DNA of 64,000 nt from the NCBI RefSeq assembly GCF_009914755.1, contig NC_060928.1. The stretch is one strand, 5' to 3'. Below are positions 1 to 11,594 of this stretch, one piece after another; positions within the stretch are counted from its first letter, which is position 1; every line of letters begins with the position of its first letter. Position numbers and translations under genes: made by a program. The stretch is from the human T2T-CHM13v2.0 reference genome, Homo sapiens. Under the pieces are notes generated by a model that was not told the DNA's origin, made no database searches, and saw only the letters and a list, made by a program, of their open reading frames with translations.

Positions 1-1766
1 CAGAATAATCCCATATTTTAATTTCTAATTTCCATTTATACCCCTAATCCACCAGCACTGTATTCTATATTTAACAAACATTCAATCAATACTTAGAATC
101 ATCATGTTGCCCAAATCATATTGGAGCTGGCATATCTTTGATTATATTTATTTTTTAAGAAAAGTGTCACTGATATCCAAACATATTAATAAATACAATT
201 CTTTATCTTAAAAATTTCAAATAATATCAAGAAATTTAGTTCATCATTAAAAAAAAGTTTTTCCTTTTTTCTACAGATAGAGGAAGAGTAGCGCTGGAGG
301 CCATTGAAGGATTCTTTCTATGTAAGCTGTCTAAAATCTTTGTTAATTTGTCTGATTTTTATTATTACTGTGCCATAAATATTATAGATATATTTTATAT
401 AAACATTTGTGACAAAAGAATTGATTTACCATCAATAATTTATCAATTTTATAAAAGTATGTGAGATCTTTTGAATAATCACCATTTGTGGGACACTTGC
501 TTTGTCTTTATACAATTGTATTTTGTGTGTTGATATATGCGCATAATACTTATGCTTCTATCTATTTACCTGTCTTTCTAAATTACATATCAAATGGTAG
601 ATGGTCAAGTAACTTATTGGGATGGTAAATAGAATGTAGTTCAGTGTAAACACAAACGGTAAAAAGCTGCTTAATAAATCATCAGAATATAATATGACAT
701 GTAGCAGTCAGTTTTAAAACACATTTTTGAAATGTATGTTAGTGAATAATGAGAAATCTCTCCACTGGCTTTGAGAAAAAATTTATTTTGTTCTTTGCAT
801 GCCCTAGAACATCTAGCCTTACCTTACACATAACAGATGGACAATGAACATGTGTTGGATGTATTTCTGACAATGTAGACAGAGTGGCATGTAATATGAT
901 TTATGGAATAAAGAGAAACAAACAGTCTTGACCAGAGGGAGAGAGGATGACAAAAAGTCTGTTTCACAGTAATTTCTCATTAATGGTGATGCTACTTTCT
1001 CAGCCGACTGCTTGGCAGGGGACTATCTGATCTGCTCTCTGCAGCCAGCCTATTGATTTTGTGGGTCGATGTAATCTGATGCATAAAGAGGCAAGAAAAT
1101 GGGAGGCAACATTTGCCTAGATAACTGCCAAGAAGCAGATAGTTTACATTTGATGCATCCAGGCTAAGTGGCCCCACATGAAGTTGAATTATTAGTAAAG
1201 CAATCCTAACACTGACAATTCTCTTTTTCAGTAGGTCTAATATTAGTGAAAGATCTGTTAGATTTAAAGAAAAGTGAAGATATGCTTGAGAGGTTAACTC
1301 TATATGGATACAAGGTGAAAATTGCTTTTCCTTTCTTATATACACAATGTTGCACATATACATATCAAAGTCTAATTATAAATCTTAGATTCCAGTGGCT
1401 CTAGGTTTTTATTTCCCTAGATATCTACTGTCTAACCATTTTACTGCTAGTTAGTGCTCACACTGCATGCAAGTTAAAATGATTAGCTTGGAGAAGACAC
1501 CAACAATAAAACAACATCTTCAAAGCAAAAATGTTAAACCAACCAAGCAACCAACCAAACAAAAACCCAGAAAAGCAAGCAAAAAATGCAAACAATTCAT
1601 AAAATAAGCAAAAATTGTTGAGGAAGAGGATAAAAGTATTGTATAAAAGAGGATTTTGTGTTAAATTCCAGTTTTAATATGTCCAGCAGAGTGCCTAACA
1701 CAAATTATACACTCACAAATTGCTAGTTTCTTTCCTTCCACCCCAAGAGAGAATGTTAAATGTTAC
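1..1766 (-). other. NDST4: Intron downstream of the NDST exon (continues beyond window start)
   Basis: GT donor at 1766-1765. The next exon (NPCDDKRH...) is not seen in 1-1766. Confidence 0.8.
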
Positions 1767-1949
1767 CTGCCATAGAGGGTCTTTCTGCTCAGGGAAGAGC
1801 TCAAAATACTGGTGGGCCAGTTGCACTGGAGGCAGAGTTTGCAATTTCAGGTTGGTCCAGCTCTGCACAAAGTTGACCAAGTTCACAAAGGTATATAACC
1901 CTAGGCGGTCATTTCCATAGTTTGATAAATGGGTCATGAAAATGCTGAT
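1767..1949 (-). CDS. NDST4: Internal coding exon (183 bp, 61 codons, phase 0/0) of heparan sulfate N-deacetylase/N-sulfotransferase 4, C-terminal part of the N-deacetylase domain
   Basis: Translates to [61 protein letters not shown], the conserved NDST segment. As I recall the paralogues, [22 protein letters not shown] fits NDST4 better than NDST1 (KHLVRFLHSW) or NDST3 (VNLANFVKSW...PDQK). Canonical minus-strand splice sites: tttatctttcAG|ATC at 1950 and CAG|GTaaca at 1766. Confidence 0.95.
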
Positions 1950-3624
1950 CTGAAAGATAAATAAAAATGACCACAAAAATATCATATGCTTAAGCTTAAA
2001 AGTAGCAGTACAAGCCCCAGGCAGCACCTCACCTCACCTTGGAATTTCACAAGAAGTACAATGATCTTTTTAAGTGGAAAGCCACACATTTAATTTTCAT
2101 CTCAAAATAACACTTAAACTCACTTTTAAAATTGAAATTGAAATTGAGAGTGTCATTTCCTCACTGTTCTTCAGAAGTATAGCATTACTTTGCATATCAG
2201 TTTTGCTTATTGTGGAGCCAATACCATCAAACTTCAATCTAGTAACTTTCAGACTAGTGAAGAACCAATATTAGACCAGTTCTAAAATTAAACAATTTTT
2301 CCAGAACTTTCCTGGTGTAGATATGTGTACAGGTTGAAATAGAATCAGATTCAAGAAAACGTGTTTCTTTGTGGTCTAATTAAACGAATTTTATTTCAGT
2401 AGAGACTGTAAATGTTTGCACAGAAACTGATTGCATTTAGCCAGAAACTTTTCCCCACTCATTAATCCTTTTACAACTTTTCATACCCCAATATTAACTC
2501 TAAAAATATCATGGCATTTCAGTGTTGTTCTTTTGTGTATCACAGACAAAGAAAAAGTGAAATTAGATTAATTGGTATGGAAAGAGCAAGCAAAAATTCA
2601 AATGTTATTACAAACATAATCTAATATTTAGTTCATTAGGCATTGCAGCAGGGATTTAAAAAATACTAAATAAAAGAGAAATTGCAAAATTCTGATTGAA
2701 ATTGCAGAGATTGTTTACGCAACTCATAAAAAGAGAGTTCATTACTTTGTGACAAGTATAATTTTGTACTTGTTTCTCAATTTCATGATATTTTCAAATT
2801 TAATTGTCTTAAAAATTCATTTTACTATTTACTGTATTGATCTGTATTGTAAATGTTTTATAACAACCCAAATATTATAATGAAATAATTTATTAACTTT
2901 ATTAGAAATGTAAGGCTAATATAAGGTTATAAATAATAATATTAGAACAAATGTAACATCTGAAGCTGAACAGAAGAATAATATAGAAGAAAAGTCAAGT
3001 GTCTCATGGCTAATATTTGTATGGAAACTCGCTGACACTTTTTTAAGGGTTTATGTTTCTTGGTGTGGTTATTTGGAAATAAAATAGGTTTGCAGAACTA
3101 TTCCAATGTTAATTTTATTGACACCTGGTTAGATACTAGCCATGCAATAAAGACTATATGCAGACCTTCTGTTCCCATGATCTAATATGTCACTGGATAA
3201 CTATAAATGTCTAAAGAGGAGGCCTTTTATCTTAAAAAATAATAGAAGCATTATCTTGTACCAGAATTTAGAAAATCTGCTCTGGCAAGCCACTGTAAGT
3301 TAAAACCCCACTATAGGTTAAAAACATCTAAACATTAGTTGATAAAATGGTTTTACTTGAGATTCATATGGAATCATTTAAACAAACACAGGCATATACG
3401 TCACTGGCCAATGTTACGCTGACCAATCTGATAGATATCAGTTCGTTGTTTGAATGCCCTTTTTATTGTGGAAAAGATAGTCTCTATTATGTGTCATACT
3501 AGAATACTGAAAAAAATATCTGAAGAAAACCTATTAAAATGATCAAAGTCACACCTCATCATGGTTGAAGGTAGAGAAGAGAATGTGGCTTTAATGTCTC
3601 TAACTTAGATAAAATCTTACCTAA

Positions 3625-3848
3625 AATTCATATAGTGTTTGCTTACTATGTACTAAGCAGGATTCTAAGCCCTTTACATATATGAAATAATTAAATCCTC
3701 TCAATGCTGTTACAGATAACTACTGTTATTGTCCCCTTTTACAGATGAAAAAAAATGAAGCACAGAGCAGTTAAGTAACTTGTTCAAGTTCTACATCTAG
3801 TCAGTGGCAGAGCAGGACTTTAAAACCAGGCAGTCAGATTCCCAATTC
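3625..3848 (-). mobile_element. MIR SINE
   Basis: Core motifs ccccttttacagatgaaaaaaaatgaagcacagagcagttaagtaacttgttcaag and agtggcagagcaggactttaaaaccaggcagtc. Confidence 0.85.
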
Positions 3849-4272
3849 TGACATATAATATAACTGAAACCTTCGCCAAAACATATATATACATTGAGTT
3901 TGACATCCGTCATTTTTTTTCCTTTTGCCCTTTTCAACAACAACAAAAAAGCAAGACAAAGAACATATTTTTATAGAAGGTAGTAGAAAACTATATAAGT
4001 ATTATCCTGGCAGCTGAAAGTTTTTATTTTTCTTTTTAAATTGGAATGAAAAAAGAAAAAAATATTTTGGAAACCTTAAATGAAAGCTTTTAAGACAATG
4101 AATTATAGCATCTGAGAAGAATATTACTAATAGACTGCAAATTTATCTTTGAAGACAATATCACTCATCATATTTCTAGTCCATTTTTTATCCTTGGAGT
4201 ATATTCAAATCTTTTATTTGAAACATCAAAAAAGACTATAGATATTTTAAAAATATTATTTATTTGATTTAC

Positions 4273-4512
4273 CTAGGTAGAAATTTAAGTTAAACCCCTT
4301 AAATTTAAGTTAAACCACTTAATCTCTTTAAAGTTAAACCTCTAAATATTAGTTGACAATGATTTTAATTGAGATTCATATGGAATCTCAAGTAAAATTT
4401 AAATCATTTAAAAATTTAAATTATTTAAAAATTTTAAATTATTCCATATGAAGCTCAAGTAAAATCATTATATCAACTAATATTTAGGGGTTTAACTTAA
4501 ATTTCTACCTAG
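4273..4512. repeat. Complex inverted repeat / fold-back palindrome
   Basis: Perfect 27-bp arms 4273-4299 / 4486-4512, inner ~45-bp imperfect arms, and a 20-bp tandem pair at 4281-4320. Confidence 0.9.
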
Positions 4513-4924
4513 ATACATTATATAAACATAACACTGTCCAATGTCCCAATCTCTCACTCTTGAATTCTTTTATCTCAAATAGAAAGTTCCCTCTTGGCAG
4601 GACTTAGTTACAGAGTTTCTGTAACATAGCATGGTATCAGTAGTTGATGACCATATAATTGCAATTATTGTCATAAGAACTTCTTTATAATCACCACAAA
4701 ATAATATGCATTCGATCCCAATAAGTATGCATTTATCTCATGTCACTACTGTAATTAAGAAATAAGACGGTGTAAGTAGCATGCTTCAGGATAATTATGG
4801 TTTTCCAGGACTGAAAATAGTATGAAAAACCAGGCTGCAGGCTAAATGCCTGAAGAAAGATAATAATGTCCTAGAAATCTACCACCTGCCTTCTTAGCGT
4901 TGTTATTTTAAGAAGGAATTGTAA

Positions 4925-5056
4925 ATTTGTATTGTGCTAAAGCACACATAAAATGTACCATCTTCATCATTTCTAAGTATGCAGTTCTGTGGCATTAAGT
5001 GCATTCACATTGTTGTATAACCAGCATCACTATTCATCTCCAGAACTTTTCATCAT
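4925..5056 (-). mobile_element. Old L1 (L1MB-like) 3' end fragment, inside a TSD-flanked insert
   Basis: ataaaatgtaccatcttcatcatttctaagtatgcagttctgtggcattaagtgcattcacattgttgtataacc...ctccagaacttttcatc matches the antisense L1MB 3' UTR end. Confidence 0.75.
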
Positions 5057-8000
5057 AACAATATTTTTTATTTTGAATAAAATCATGCAGATATTATTGA
5101 AAAAAAAGAAGGAATTGTAAGACACCTGTGAGAGTCTAAAGTCTGACAAAATTGTAAGTAAGAATATTACTTTGAGAGTATCATAAAGAGTATTTTTATA
5201 TCATAAGCAGATGTATATTATCATTTTATAAGGGTATTAATATAGGCTTTTAAAAGATTTTCGCAGCAGACTGGTTCTAAGTCATTTTTCCAGAACATTC
5301 TTAGGAGGATAAGCTTTGTTTGATGGAAAAAAAAGCTTAAAACTGAATGCAGGGCAAATGGAAAATCTGTCTTTTGAAGAAAGCAGAGTCTGGAGATATG
5401 TGGTTCTAAGCTGAGGCATGCTGCTGCATTTAAATTTTCCTTTACTGAGAATAAAAACAAGCACGCCATCCATATTGGTTGCAATCACTGTTGTATGGGG
5501 CAACATGTGCACATGCCTTACTGGTTAGAAACAAATTAGTGCTGGTATATGGTCAATTGGTTGCACTTTAAGAAAAACAATTCTGCAAGCACAGCTTAAC
5601 TGTGCATATCTGGCTTGCTAAAATCACCTATTGTGCAGACACAGCATTTTAGTTTTAGCATTTCTGGGCAAATGGCTTCTTTAAACAAACAAATAAAACC
5701 TATTTCAGAGAGTATAGGTGTATAAGACAAATTAAAAATGGATGTTGTTGAGGTATAAATAAGAGAATTCAAAAGATATGTGGTATGAGATAGCAGCAAA
5801 TAATTTTTCACAGACTTATGTTGCTACTATTTTTTACTGTTTATCTTTTTTTATATATTTATTTTGATTATTATTTTCTTATTGCATACTAAAAATAATC
5901 TTTCTCAACAGTGTACTCCCAAAAGTATCATCTGGGGAAAGTATGACAGTACTACATGGATAAAAATGGTTTATATATACAACCCACTGAACCTTGAAAT
6001 ATTGCAGCTCAGAGATATGCATTGATTCAAACAAGCAGAGCTTTATCTTTCATATGAAAAGGACAGGAAAGGAAATCTTGTTCAATGGATGAATTGAAGA
6101 ATAAGATGTTCAGTATGTGCTAATTTCAGTAGGCCAATTGCAGCAGGCCTTCCAAGAGGGCACCAAGGTCTGGGTGCCACTGCTTCTGGCATCAAGCACT
6201 CTGGGCTGCCTTTATCTTGTTGTTGGCACTTCTACCTATGTTTCTCCCTCAACTCTCAAGGCTCTCAACTTCATTATAACCAAACATAAAACAAGTCTAA
6301 ACTTTCTTATCTGTTGTAAAAATATACAAGCAAGCTTATGGGCACGTTCATAGTCTATTCATTAGAAACATAAGCAGTTTTTCATTAACCTGATTGTCAG
6401 ATACAATACATATACTCAAAATATGGGAAGACATTATCTATGGAATAAATCTGTTTAATGATGTATCTAAAGTTCAAGGAAAAAGGAAGGTTTATGTATC
6501 AAAATGTATAAATCTTGATAATAGGGAATTGAGTAAATATAATTGAACTTTATGGATAATCCTTAACTGTGGGTAAACACACTGTCATAGTGACAAATAG
6601 AATGGTGGTAAATAAATTAGGCAACTGCTTATCCCCCTGAGTATTTAATTGCAAATTATACAATTAATTGTTTTTTGTAACATTTTGTGTTTGACTTATG
6701 AAGCTGCTAATATCCAAAATATAAGAAGAGAAGAAAAAAGGAAAGAACAAAATAAAAGTGAGAGGCCTTATTTTATCCACAAAATAAAGCATTACTCTCC
6801 AGGTTGAGTCAGAGTGTTTTCACTGCCAAGTCCAGAATAGTTTCCTTGCTTTTCCTACTTGTATGACAAATAGAATGGTATTGTAAACTGTATGATCATG
6901 AATATCAGTAGCCAGAATATATTATACAGCATTTTTAAATTGAAATTAAAAATCATTTTTAGAGCATACATTTTTAGTTAAAGTACACATTGAATATTTG
7001 GGTACTTAGTCCTGTGCCTTACAGTGCCTTTAAAAGTCAAATCATGTGCAGAATAGTCAGATATTTGGTTCCTAGGAAAAAAATGCACAATCACAAACAC
7101 AGGATGAAACAACGTCTTTGCAGAGCAAGAAGAGAGCCACCCTGTTTTAGGGCAGCTTGCTTTGTGCTCACGCTGCAGCACAGTATTTTTCAAGATAGGC
7201 ATTAAATATTAGCAGTCGGTTTCCATTTTTGCCTTTGTGGCTCTGATAGCGTGCCCCTTTTCAGAATAGTTCATTGTGTTTAAAAATATGTCCATTAGCT
7301 TGTTAAATTATTGATTATGCTTTTAGTTCTCATAAAATGTGAAGATAGATGGAATATAGGGAAATACATCCCTGATGGCTCATCTGATGGGCTTTGGCAT
7401 TGTACTCACATTTTTCTTATAAAAGGTAATTTTGTGTCTTTATTTTATTCTAAAAATAGTCTGGAACCACACAAGGGATATTAAGAGTCAGACTAGGCTT
7501 AACATTACTAATATGAGTGCCAGTAACACTTCTTGATTTAAACACACATAACTATTGATAATAATTGTAGGCAACCCAGTCTTAGGCAACTCTTCAGGCC
7601 TGGACAACTAATAACCTGGTAAATGTCAACATCTATGTTCTTAGATATCAAAAGTAAGGAAAGTTTGTCCAAACCTAATATAACTATATTAATCTTTTGC
7701 TCAATCTAAAAATGGTTCTCAGCTTGGAGTCTACTATTTAGATACATCATTTTGTTTTTCTAAAAGTGAAACATTCCAATGAATCATTAATTAATGATTG
7801 ATTGTAACATATTATTTGTTGAATGTTAATGTTAATTTACTTATATAACTTTACAAAGTGGTTTTATGTGCACTTTTGTTGTGTTACTAGGAACTAAGAA
7901 ACTATCTTATTTATGAGAAAAGGAAATGAGGATCAAGGGTTTCAGGTGACTGTCTGAGTTTATATAGGGAATTCTAGCAAATCCAGCATTCAAAGTAGTC

Positions 8001-8062
8001 AACAAGCGGATTGCACGCTTAATGATTTGTTAAGAGAGTAGTTCCTATATTAAGTGTTATTA

Positions 8063-8101
8063 ACACACACACACACACACACACACGCGTGCACGCGCGC
8101 A
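8063..8101. repeat. (AC)12 microsatellite running into GCGTGCACGCGCGCA
   Basis: 39 bp of uninterrupted purine-pyrimidine alternation. Confidence 0.95.
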
Positions 8102-8665
8102 AGCCTGGGCATAGGAATTCAGAATCAATATTCTTTCTTATTCCATGGTTCTCCCAGAACTTTGGCTACAAATTCATCAAACTTCCGTCTATTTTCTGCT
8201 TCATTTTATTCTATTATTTTATTTACCTGGTGAATTTTATTTATAACAACCCTATATTGCAACTTACGATATTTCCTCATAAGCTTTTCCTAGAATGGAT
8301 TAAATCTAAAATATCACTTACATATTTTTACTTTTTTGGAAATGAAAATAAAATTTGATATTTCAATATGTATATCTATGCACACACATGCATGTCAGCT
8401 GATTACTGACTCTAGACACTTTAAGATAATAAGTACTTAAGAGAGAAATGATTGTTTCACTTGGAAAGATTTTAATTCTCTTGCAGCACTAAAAATAGAT
8501 GCCAAGTTTTTCACAATGGAACACAATAATAGATTTCCACTAAGAAATGTGTTCTATAAATAAAAAGTAACTCTGATCTTCCAATTTCAAAGAGACACAT
8601 TTTATTAATTTAGGTAGATGTTTCAAGATTTATTCCTGTAAGAACTACACTTAGAAGGAGAAATA

Positions 8666-8924
8666 GGCCGGGCGCAATGGTTCACGCCTGTAATCCCAGC
8701 ACTTTGGGAGGCTGGGCGGGCAGATCACCCGAAGTAAGGAGTTTGAGACCAGCCTGGCCAAACCTGTGAAACCCCATCTCTACTACAAATACAAAAAGTA
8801 GCCGGGCCTGGTGACTAGCTCCTGCCTGTATTCCCAGCTACTCAGGAGGCTGAGGCAGAAGAATTGCTTCAACGCTGGAGGCAGAGTTTGCAGTGAGCTG
8901 AGATCATGCCACTGCATTACAGCC
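8666..8924 (+). mobile_element. AluS element lacking its last ~25 nt
   Basis: ggccgggcgcaatggttcacgcctgtaatcccagc... with both arms; ends at cactgcattacagcc. Confidence 0.95.
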
Positions 8925-9074
8925 AAAAAATGAGAAGTAAGAGAAAGAGGAGAGGAAAAAAAAAATAAAGAAGGAAAGAAAATGGAAGAAATAAAGAAAG
9001 AAAGGAAGAAGAGAAAAGAAAGAGAAAAAAGAAATGAAAGGAAAAAGGAAAGGAGAAAAAGAAACAAAGAAAAG
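8925..9074. repeat. GA-rich low-complexity tract (expanded Alu tail)
   Basis: About 150 bp, almost all purine (AAAG/GAAA units). Confidence 0.85.
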
Positions 9075-9579
9075 CTCCAGAATCAAACACATCTCACCAT
9101 GTGTAGGTCAGATGAGTAGTAAAAAGGTTAGGCTACTAAAAATTGTTTCGCTCATGTCTTTAAATCTCCACTTACAGTAAACTTCAGTTATTGATCTTTC
9201 CACTCAGGCTACTTCCCTAAGCACAGGAGCTCTATTGCTCCATGTGACTTTCAGGTTTCATATAAGATGTGCATCACCACAAGCATTTATAATTAATCAC
9301 TAATCCTAGTTGATGTTTTAACATCCCATACCCTTGACTGTTAAAAGGAAATCTTTTTTTGGATGTGTGAAGAACTAAGTTTTTGGTTATTAATTTGGAG
9401 CAGGCTTCATGAAGAAAATAATAGTAATTAAAGAGTTAACAAATAAAAAAAGGGTATCGATTAAAATATCCCAGAAGTTTGTATTTAATAAGTCTGAAAA
9501 TATTTAAAAAATCAGATTGCTATAATATTCATATTGTTTTGATTTGCACACAATGGAGCAATACAAACATGAAATTTGA

Positions 9580-9760
9580 AATTAGAATGCCTACGCTTGA
9601 GCACTGGCTCTTCATTAGTGTATCAATTAACTTCTCTGAATCTCAGAGATCTCTAAGGCTAAATGAAAACAATAATTTAGTTTATAGGTTTGTTGTGATG
9701 CCCAAATGAGTCGAGGTATGCCAAAACATTTTATAAAATGAAAAACATTGTATATTATCA
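9580..9760 (+). mobile_element. Degenerate MIR
   Basis: aattaacttctctgaatctcag...ggtttgttgtgatgcccaaatgag resembles the MIR core. Confidence 0.55.
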
Positions 9761-10021
9761 CCATGGATATTCAGTTAAAATAAATTTAGAATAATTAATA
9801 TATCAAATATAATTTAACTTATTTTATTTATATCTAATAGATCATATCTTTTGTAAGCAAAGCCAGTGTTTCTTTGTTCCTCTGCTATCGTCTGTATATA
9901 CCAAGGCCTATGATAATATAATTTCTGGTTAAACCAGTAAATTTTGGATACGTGTATACCAGAGTGAAAATGACTAACTTTGATACCTAATAAATGAAAC
10001 TCTTTTGTAGTCTTTACGTTA

Positions 10022-10271
10022 TTTTTAGGTTTTATTTTATTTTTAATTGATAAATAATAATTGTATATATTTATGAAGTACAACGTGAAGTTTTGATACA
10101 TCATTGTGGAATGATCAAATCAGGCTAATTAGCATATCCATTACCTCAAATATTTACCTTTCTTTGTGATGAGTACATTTAAAATCTTCTTTTAGCTACT
10201 TTGAAATATACAATACATTATTATTCGCTATAGTCCCCAGGCTGTGCAATAGGAAACTAAAACTTAATCCT
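10022..10271 (-). mobile_element. L1MA (L1MA8/9-like) 3' end fragment
   Basis: T-rich tail then taattgtatatatttatgaagtacaacgtg...ctaattagcatatccattacctc...aaatatacaatacattatt. Possible decayed TSD cctaataaatg at 9986 and 10269. Confidence 0.85.
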
Positions 10272-10489
10272 AATAAATGCAAGTTTTATCCATCAGAATC
10301 ACCTCTGACAGCTGCAGTTAAAAATCAATATAGGAAGAGATTGTTAAATGGAATCCTTTGTTTCATTTTCAAAAGTTCAATTAGTAGATTTGAGAAGCAG
10401 ACATCACTCAAGGGTAGTATGATGAGGTGATGTCTTGTTTTTCCCCTCCTCTACACACCTAAATCAAAGAGCACCCCCATCCCTCTTCC

Positions 10490-10700
10490 CCATTCCCTTG
10501 CCCTTCAGGCCACTCACTACCTGACATATTATGTATTTGTTTGGGTATTTCCTGGCTATTCCCTCAGTCTCACATTACATTTTAATCTCCTTGAATACAG
10601 GGACTCTGGTGCTGTTGTTTACTGCTGTATCTTCAATGAGTAGTAAAATACCTGGCACATAATAGGTATGCAAAAAATATTTATTGAATGAACAAATAAA
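10490..10700 (+). mobile_element. L2 3' end
   Basis: ctccttgaatacagggac...tgtttactgctgtatc...cctggcacataataggtatgcaaaaaatatttattgaatgaa. Confidence 0.8.
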
Positions 10701-11594
10701 TCCTTGATAACATACACTTCTTTGCCAGTAGAAAATATGGAGTAATTTAATTGCCTTCCAATTATTCCCCAAGGTCTGAAAACACAAGGGGAAAAACAAA
10801 ACACTATCCTAAAACCCTGAAAACAGCTGGCATTTAACAGGATACAATGAATTGTTAAATTACATTTTTTATTTGTGTTTCCCTTTCCATTATCAGACTA
10901 AATGCAACTGAAGTTCCATTCTGCATCTGATTATTTACCAGTGTCCCAGTTTTTCAGTCATAATATTTGGTTAGTGCATTATTAACAAATCAAAACTGTT
11001 TTGATTCAAGACTGGCTAGAGTGTAAACACCGACCTTCCTCAATAGAGAAGTTGGGCAGTGACTTCGTCAAAGCAGCAGTAAATAGGGCAGCTGTTCTAA
11101 CTGAGAACAGAAGGCTCCTGCTATATTTCAGTGAGCAGGTGCTTTACTCTCTATTTTTCTTGTACATTAATAAAGGCTTAGTCATTAAAAGGCAACACAT
11201 GCTCACAACCGTACAGTTGTTGCATATATTTGTGTTTTGTTTTCTTTTAGTAGGCAAGTCAGAACTGGGATTTTAGATGTCATGGCAATTACATTTTAGA
11301 ATACCCTGATTTTCAACAAAGATCTCCCAATTTTACATGATGGGAGACAACCAGAGCTGCTTTCCATCTGAGTTATTTACCATTACTCTTTTTAAGAGAT
11401 TAAATCTCCCTTTCAACCATGTTGCAATGATGCCACATAAAAGTCACTGAAGTGCAAATTCATAACCCCAGGAATAATCATGGGCAGTTCAGCCATGGGG
11501 AGGAGAAAACATGTCCATTAGTAATCAGTGTAAGCTTCACTGACAACCTCAAATAGAGTTTAACAGTTTTCAATGAAGAAAATAATGTCACATT

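Noticed and set aside
992-1363. 123-aa ORF on the gene strand near the exon
   Set aside because: No similarity to NDST sequence that I can recognise.
1713-2027. 104-aa ORF as a complete gene
   Set aside because: Only 1767-1949 is NDST-like and bounded by splice sites; the rest is intronic read-through.
5498-5520. p53-like double CATG site (caacatgtgcacatgcc)
   Set aside because: Cores are 4 bp apart rather than 6, and the flanks mismatch RRRCWWGYYY.
7060-7420. Possible conserved enhancer (slightly GC-richer unique sequence; similarly 5330-5700)
   Set aside because: Cannot be supported without conservation or chromatin data.
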